A stretch of DNA of 64,000 bases, from positions 62,001-126,000 of IMG/VR virus record IMGVR_UViG_3300046660_000716; one strand, written 5' to 3'. Position 1 is the stretch's first letter. Each line of letters opens with the position of its first letter. Below, in pieces: positions 61,001 through 64,000 of this stretch. Below the pieces are notes generated by a model. That model worked only from the letters and a program-made list of their open reading frames with translations, was not told the origin of the DNA and did no database searches. The position numbers and the translations under genes were made by a program.

Positions 61001-62892
61001 CCAACCTTGGCCGCGCCGTTGTACCAGCGGTACTCGATGCCGCGGTCCTTGCCGTCGTCCAGCACCGGAGCGGTGTCGCCGCCCAGGGTCAGGATCGGGT
61101 CGTCCAGTGTCACGGTGGTCGAGTTGACGGTGGTCGTGGGGCCGTTGAAGACCACGGCTCCGGTGACGGTCAGCGAGTCCACGGTCAGGGCACCCGCGGT
61201 CGTCAGGTTCGACGAGCCAGCCCAGGTGGACAGCGCGGTGTTCTCCACCAGACCCAAGCCGACTGCGGCCTTGTCCAGGGTCGCGAAGACCTTGTCACCG
61301 CGGTAGTACTGTGCGGCGGTGCCAGCTGCGATCAGGCCCTGCGCGTCGACGATGCCGTACCCGGCCAGGGTGGTGGGCTTGCCCGTGACGCTGGCGAAGG
61401 CCGGGGTGATCGTGACAGGAGCGCCGGTCGCGACAATGCGGCCCTTCGCGTCCACAGTGAACGGCGTCACCTGGGTCGCCGAGTTGTTGTAGGTGCCGGC
61501 GGCTACGGCGGTGTTGGCCAGGGTGGCCGCGCCGGTGGCGTTGCCGCTGCCGTCGAAGTTCGTGGTCCAGGTCACGTCGCCGGTGGACGAGATCGAGCGG
61601 CTGGTGGCCAGCTTGGTCGCGGTGTCGGCGTTGCCGGTGAAGGAGCCGCTGGTGCCGATCGTGATCTTGTTGTTGACGTCGTCGTAGCCGATGGTGACGT
61701 TGGCGCCGGAGACGATGTCGAGGCGCTCTGCGGACGTGAACGAGATCTGGCTCGCGGTGCCGTCGCCGATGGACAGGGCGTGGGTGTGGCCAGCCAGCGC
61801 CGCGTCGGTGATGCCGTAGCCGGCCACGGTGGTCGGCGTGTTGGTCACGCTGCCCCAGGCCGGGGTGATCGTGACGGCCGGGCCCACGAAGGTCAGGCGG
61901 CCCTTGGCATCCACGGTGTACGGCGACAGCTGGGTGGCCGAGTTGTTGTAGGCTCCCGCAGCGACGCCGGAGTCGCCGAAGGTGATCGCAATGTCAGCGG
62001 CGGCGTGGCCGTCGAACTGCACGGTGCCGGACGCGTCGCCCGAGACGGACAGCGCCACGGCGTTGGCCAGCTTGGTAGCGGTGGACGCATTGCCAGCCAG
62101 GGCCGCGGTCACGGTGCCGGCGGCGAAGTTGCCGCTCGCGTCGCGGTAGACCAGGGTGCTAGGCGTGTTCAGGTTGTCCGAGGCGATGACGATCTGCGGG
62201 CTCGCCGCCTGTCCGTCGCCGTTGGCCACGCTCACGCCCAGACCGGTCGCGCCGATGGTGCGCAGTGCGGCGGCGCCGTCGGCCGTGCGGGCCAGCATGC
62301 CGGTGCCGGTCAGGGCGGCGATCGCCGTCAGGTCCGAGTCCAGCGCCTGCGCGTCGGTGATGCCGTAGCCAGCGCGGGTGGTCGGCTTGCCGGTCAGGTT
62401 GGTGAACGTGTGGGTGTGGCTGTCGTTCAGCACGGTGACGGTGATCGTTGCGTCGTCGGAGCCGTCGAAGAAGACGGAGCCGGTGGCGTCGCCGCCGAGC
62501 TGGATGATGCGCGCGGTCAGCAGCTTCGTCGCGGTCGCGGCGTTGCCGACGCCCTGGCCCGAGGCCAGCAGGTCGCGCAGCGACTTCTGGTTGACGATCT
62601 GGCCGTCGGGGGACTGGCCGTCCAGGTTCGGCGCCAGCGGCACGCCTGTCAGGTGCGGCGAGTCCAGCGACGCCAGGAGTGCGAGGGCGTTCTGCAGGCC
62701 GACGATCTCCGAGATGCCGTGCGTGTGGTCGGAGTTGGCGGTCAGGATGCCGCCGGGGGTGATGCCGTCCTGGACGCGGATCTGCTTCAGATCCATGTCA
62801 ATCACGACTTCACCGAACTGGCCGATGTACGCCGCTGCCAGCTCCGTGGTGCCGCGCTTCAGGCGGATATTGCGGATTTCAGTAGTGCTCAT
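58039..62892 (-). CDS. long tail fibre protein with Mtd_N-like head and modular repeats
   Basis: IRLKRGT..GE..D..QDG.TPGG N-terminus; 8x GNAxTAT..FDG..KPTTLxGYGITD; six HTH motifs; 2x DDPI.TLGGD..DRGIEYRW. Confidence 0.9.
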   Translation of the reverse strand: MSTTEIRNIRLKRGTTELAAAYIGQFGEVVIDMDLKQIRVQDGITPGGILTANSDHTHGISEIVGLQNALALLASLDSPHLTGVPLAPNLDGQSPDGQIVNQKSLRDLLASGQGVGNAATATKLLTARIIQLGGDATGSVFFDGSDDATITVTVLNDSHTHTFTNLTGKPTTRAGYGITDAQALDSDLTAIAALTGTGMLARTADGAAALRTIGATGLGVSVANGDGQAASPQIVIASDNLNTPSTLVYRDASGNFAAGTVTAALAGNASTATKLANAVALSVSGDASGTVQFDGHAAADIAITFGDSGVAAGAYNNSATQLSPYTVDAKGRLTFVGPAVTITPAWGSVTNTPTTVAGYGITDAALAGHTHALSIGDGTASQISFTSAERLDIVSGANVTIGYDDVNNKITIGTSGSFTGNADTATKLATSRSISSTGDVTWTTNFDGSGNATGAATLANTAVAAGTYNNSATQVTPFTVDAKGRIVATGAPVTITPAFASVTGKPTTLAGYGIVDAQGLIAAGTAAQYYRGDKVFATLDKAAVGLGLVENTALSTWAGSSNLTTAGALTVDSLTVTGAVVFNGPTTTVNSTTVTLDDPILTLGGDTAPVLDDGKDRGIEYRWYNGAAKVGFFGFDRSTGRMTFIPDAVNAGEVFSGAVGTLEANLLGNVTGNLTGAVTGNASTATALATSRAISITGDATWTTNFDGTAAATGALTLANTGVAAAQYNNSATAITPFTVDAKGRIVATGAAVTITPAFASVTGKPTTLGGYGITDAAALVHTHALTIGDGTAARVNYLTSDRLDIVSGSNITVAYDDVNNKITIGSSASFTGNADTATKLANARSISMTGDVSWTTNFDGSANATAAGTLANTGVAAASYGSGALVPTFTVDSKGRLTVAGSTAVTPAFANITGLPTTLGGYGITDAAPLVHTHALKIGDGTATQINYLTSDRLDIVSGTNISLVYDDATNKLTVNTTAGFTGNASTATALATTRAISMTGDGTWTTNFDGTAAATGAMTLAASGVAAGTYNATATAVTPYTVDSKGRIISVGAPVTITPLFSSITSKPTTLAGYGITDAALSNHTHTLSIGDGTSAQISYTTAERLDIVSGTNISVAYDDVNNKLTINTTAGFTGNASTATKLATARSVSITGDATWTTSFDGSANATGALTLANTAVAAAAYGSGSQIPTFTVDSKGRLVLAANVTVTPAFANITGLPTTLAGYGITDSQPLIAAGTAAQYYRGDKVMAALNAAAVGLGNVENTALSTWAGSANLTTAGALTAASLVVNGTTTFTGNVTFNGTTTTFNSTTVTIDDPIFTLGGDTAPTVDDNKDRGIEYRWHNGTTAKVGYFGFDDSTGFFTFIPDASNTGEVFSGSVGTAQMNLQGNVAGNVTGNVTGNVTGNADTATKLATARAISITGDATWTTNFDGSAAATGALTLANTAVAAAAYGSATQIPTFTVDSKGRLVLAANVTVTPAFASITGKPTTLAGYGITDGAAAALVDNPKTASYTVLSTDVGSMLTNRGAAGAITDTLPAGSTMVGQTLRFFKVNAQNFVIKAVGTDTIQDSTAAGTLTNSTATETNASVMLTCVQTGASTYVWHITGGFGTWTTA
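58671..58730. repeat. 12-bp tandem repeat x5 (GNVT peptide repeat)
   Basis: CGTTGCCCGTGA-like unit, five consecutive copies. Confidence 0.9.
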
Positions 62893-62913
62893 GGGGTGCT
62901 TTCCTAGCAGTGG

Positions 62914-63510
62914 TTATTGGAGCTCGCCGCAGTCGATGTCGGTGCCGACCAGGGAGAAGAGCGAGTCGGACTCGGACTTGGTGTACGACGCGCCGGCCAC
63001 CTGCACCGCCACGCCGTTGATGAACAGGCCGGAGCTGTTGGCGGTCACGACGCCGGCTACGTCCAGCGTGAGGGCGTTGACGTTGCCCGCCTCGACCGTC
63101 GCCAGGAAGCGCTGCGCGTCGGCGAAGATCACCGCGCTGCCGGTGAACGCCTCCGGCATGGTGATCTTGAACGAGTCGTCGTCGACCAGCACCCGGTCCT
63201 GCCCCTGGATGATCGATCCGTCGTCGTGGTACGCCACGAAGATCACGTCGGTCGTGCCGAGGCCGTGGTTGACGGTCCACTCCGCGGACGCGATCGCCTG
63301 GTGGTGGGCCGCGCTGTTCTTCGGGTTGGTCAGCGGGAACCAGGCCGGGATTCCGGCGACCGTGGTGTAGGCCCAGATGGCGCCCTGCACCAAGCTGATC
63401 GAGTTGGGCTTCGGTTCCGGCGGAAAGTCTTCGTGGTTCGTCCCGATGATGAGCGCACCGCCGAAGTGCGCGTCGGCGCGAAAGCGCACCGTGGAATTTG
63501 TGTTGGACAT
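62914..63510 (-). CDS. tail/fibre-associated structural protein
   Basis: WTVNHGLG..V..D.G..DD.SFKI..F.GSAV motif; adjacent to the fibre gene. Confidence 0.75.
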   Translation of the reverse strand: MSNTNSTVRFRADAHFGGALIIGTNHEDFPPEPKPNSISLVQGAIWAYTTVAGIPAWFPLTNPKNSAAHHQAIASAEWTVNHGLGTTDVIFVAYHDDGSIIQGQDRVLVDDDSFKITMPEAFTGSAVIFADAQRFLATVEAGNVNALTLDVAGVVTANSSGLFINGVAVQVAGASYTKSESDSLFSLVGTDIDCGELQ

Positions 63511-63562
63511 TGAGTGCTCCGCTTAGAAGAGGTGTAGGGCGCCATAGCGGCGATCCTGTTTT

Positions 63563-63772
63563 TCAATCATCTGTTGTCCCGGATGGTGGATCTGCCTTCG
63601 GGCGGGGCGCGCCGGAGAACACGGCCTTCCCCTCCAGGACCTTCAGGGTGACCGCCAGGATTGCGTATTGCTGCGAGAAGCTCTCGGCGTCGGCCCCGGT
63701 CCGCTGGAGGCGCGCGATGTTGTCGTCGCACTTGGACAGCCAGTCCACGATCCTTGCGTTGATTGCTTTCAT
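63563..63772 (-). CDS. hypothetical protein
   Basis: Starts MKAINARI, overlapping the upstream stop. Confidence 0.6.
   Translation of the reverse strand: MKAINARIVDWLSKCDDNIARLQRTGADAESFSQQYAILAVTLKVLEGKAVFSGAPRPKADPPSGTTDD
63564..63575 (-). promoter_or_regulatory. AACA-N6-TG, possible late promoter
   Basis: AACAgatgatTG upstream of the structural gene. The TG coincides with an upstream stop codon, so it may be chance. Confidence 0.35.
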
Positions 63773-63984
63773 GGCGCGCTCCCTGCGTGGATGAGGGACC
63801 CGACGCGGCTGTAACACTGCTTGAGGAAGTCCATGTTCGCCCGGAAGACGTCGACTGTCTCCTCGTCGGAAAAGTCAGCTTTAGTGGACGCGTTTTTCAG
63901 AGCGGCGATGCAGGACCGGATGTGGGCGAGCCCGTCCTCGACCGTGGCGATCGAGGCGATGTCGAAATTCGGGAGAGGCGTCAT
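63769..63984 (-). CDS. hypothetical protein
   Basis: SD GAGGA; 71 aa. Confidence 0.65.
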   Translation of the reverse strand: MTPLPNFDIASIATVEDGLAHIRSCIAALKNASTKADFSDEETVDVFRANMDFLKQCYSRVGSLIHAGSAP

Positions 63985-64000
63985 GGCGTTGTCCTCGGTG

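Noticed and set aside
58039-62892. Diversity-generating retroelement suggested by the Mtd_N-like head
   Set aside because: No reverse transcriptase in the window and no TR/VR pair differing only at adenines. The repeats are ordinary in-frame protein repeats. A DGR elsewhere in the genome cannot be excluded.
1-64000. CRISPR array, tRNA, tmRNA or rRNA genes
   Set aside because: No regularly spaced identical repeats with unique spacers. No cloverleaf with a GTTCRA T-loop was found; GGTTCGCTCCC at 33185 is part of a terminator stem.
1-64000. Stop-codon reassignment (alternative genetic code)
   Set aside because: TAG, TGA and TAA all end genes at sensible, coupled positions, core genes are intact, and coding density is high under code 11.

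Overview
This 64-kb window is a segment of a high-GC (by eye about 65-70%) jumbo myophage genome of the phiKZ/AR9 type, which encodes its own multisubunit RNA polymerases. It is not a bacterial chromosome. Recognisable core genes are GyrB (5'-truncated) and GyrA with a GyrA-box, a probable AR9 gp226-like promoter-specificity subunit, two paralogous RNAP beta C-terminal subunits (one virion type, one non-virion type), a RecA/UvsX-like recombinase, an NAD-dependent DNA ligase, an HU-like protein, the exonuclease plus motif-A half of a split family B DNA polymerase preceded by a free-standing HNH endonuclease, a T4 gp20-like portal and a 1617-aa repeat-built tail fibre. Probable counter-defence or nucleotide-handling genes are a T4 gp30.3-like NADAR, an Acb1-like 2H phosphoesterase, a Nudix hydrolase, a 2OG-Fe(II)-like cupin, DUF4326 and a lone ParB/Srx domain. 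About 60 small hypothetical genes lie between them. The main observations not explained by this annotation are: (i) an A-B-A-B-B array of two unknown paralog families after gyrA, plus a third dispersed family; (ii) two promoter-like motif classes, NATATCAT (about 11 intergenic copies) and AACA-N6-TR / ACTCTGATAGC, the latter matching the uracil-dependent AR9 late consensus; (iii) an acb1 gene bracketed by an in-frame 14-bp direct repeat; (iv) sharp codon-usage patches inside core genes; (v) a multi-hairpin intergenic element. No CRISPR array, tRNA, rRNA or reverse transcriptase was seen. All family assignments come from motif recognition and recall, not from database searches.
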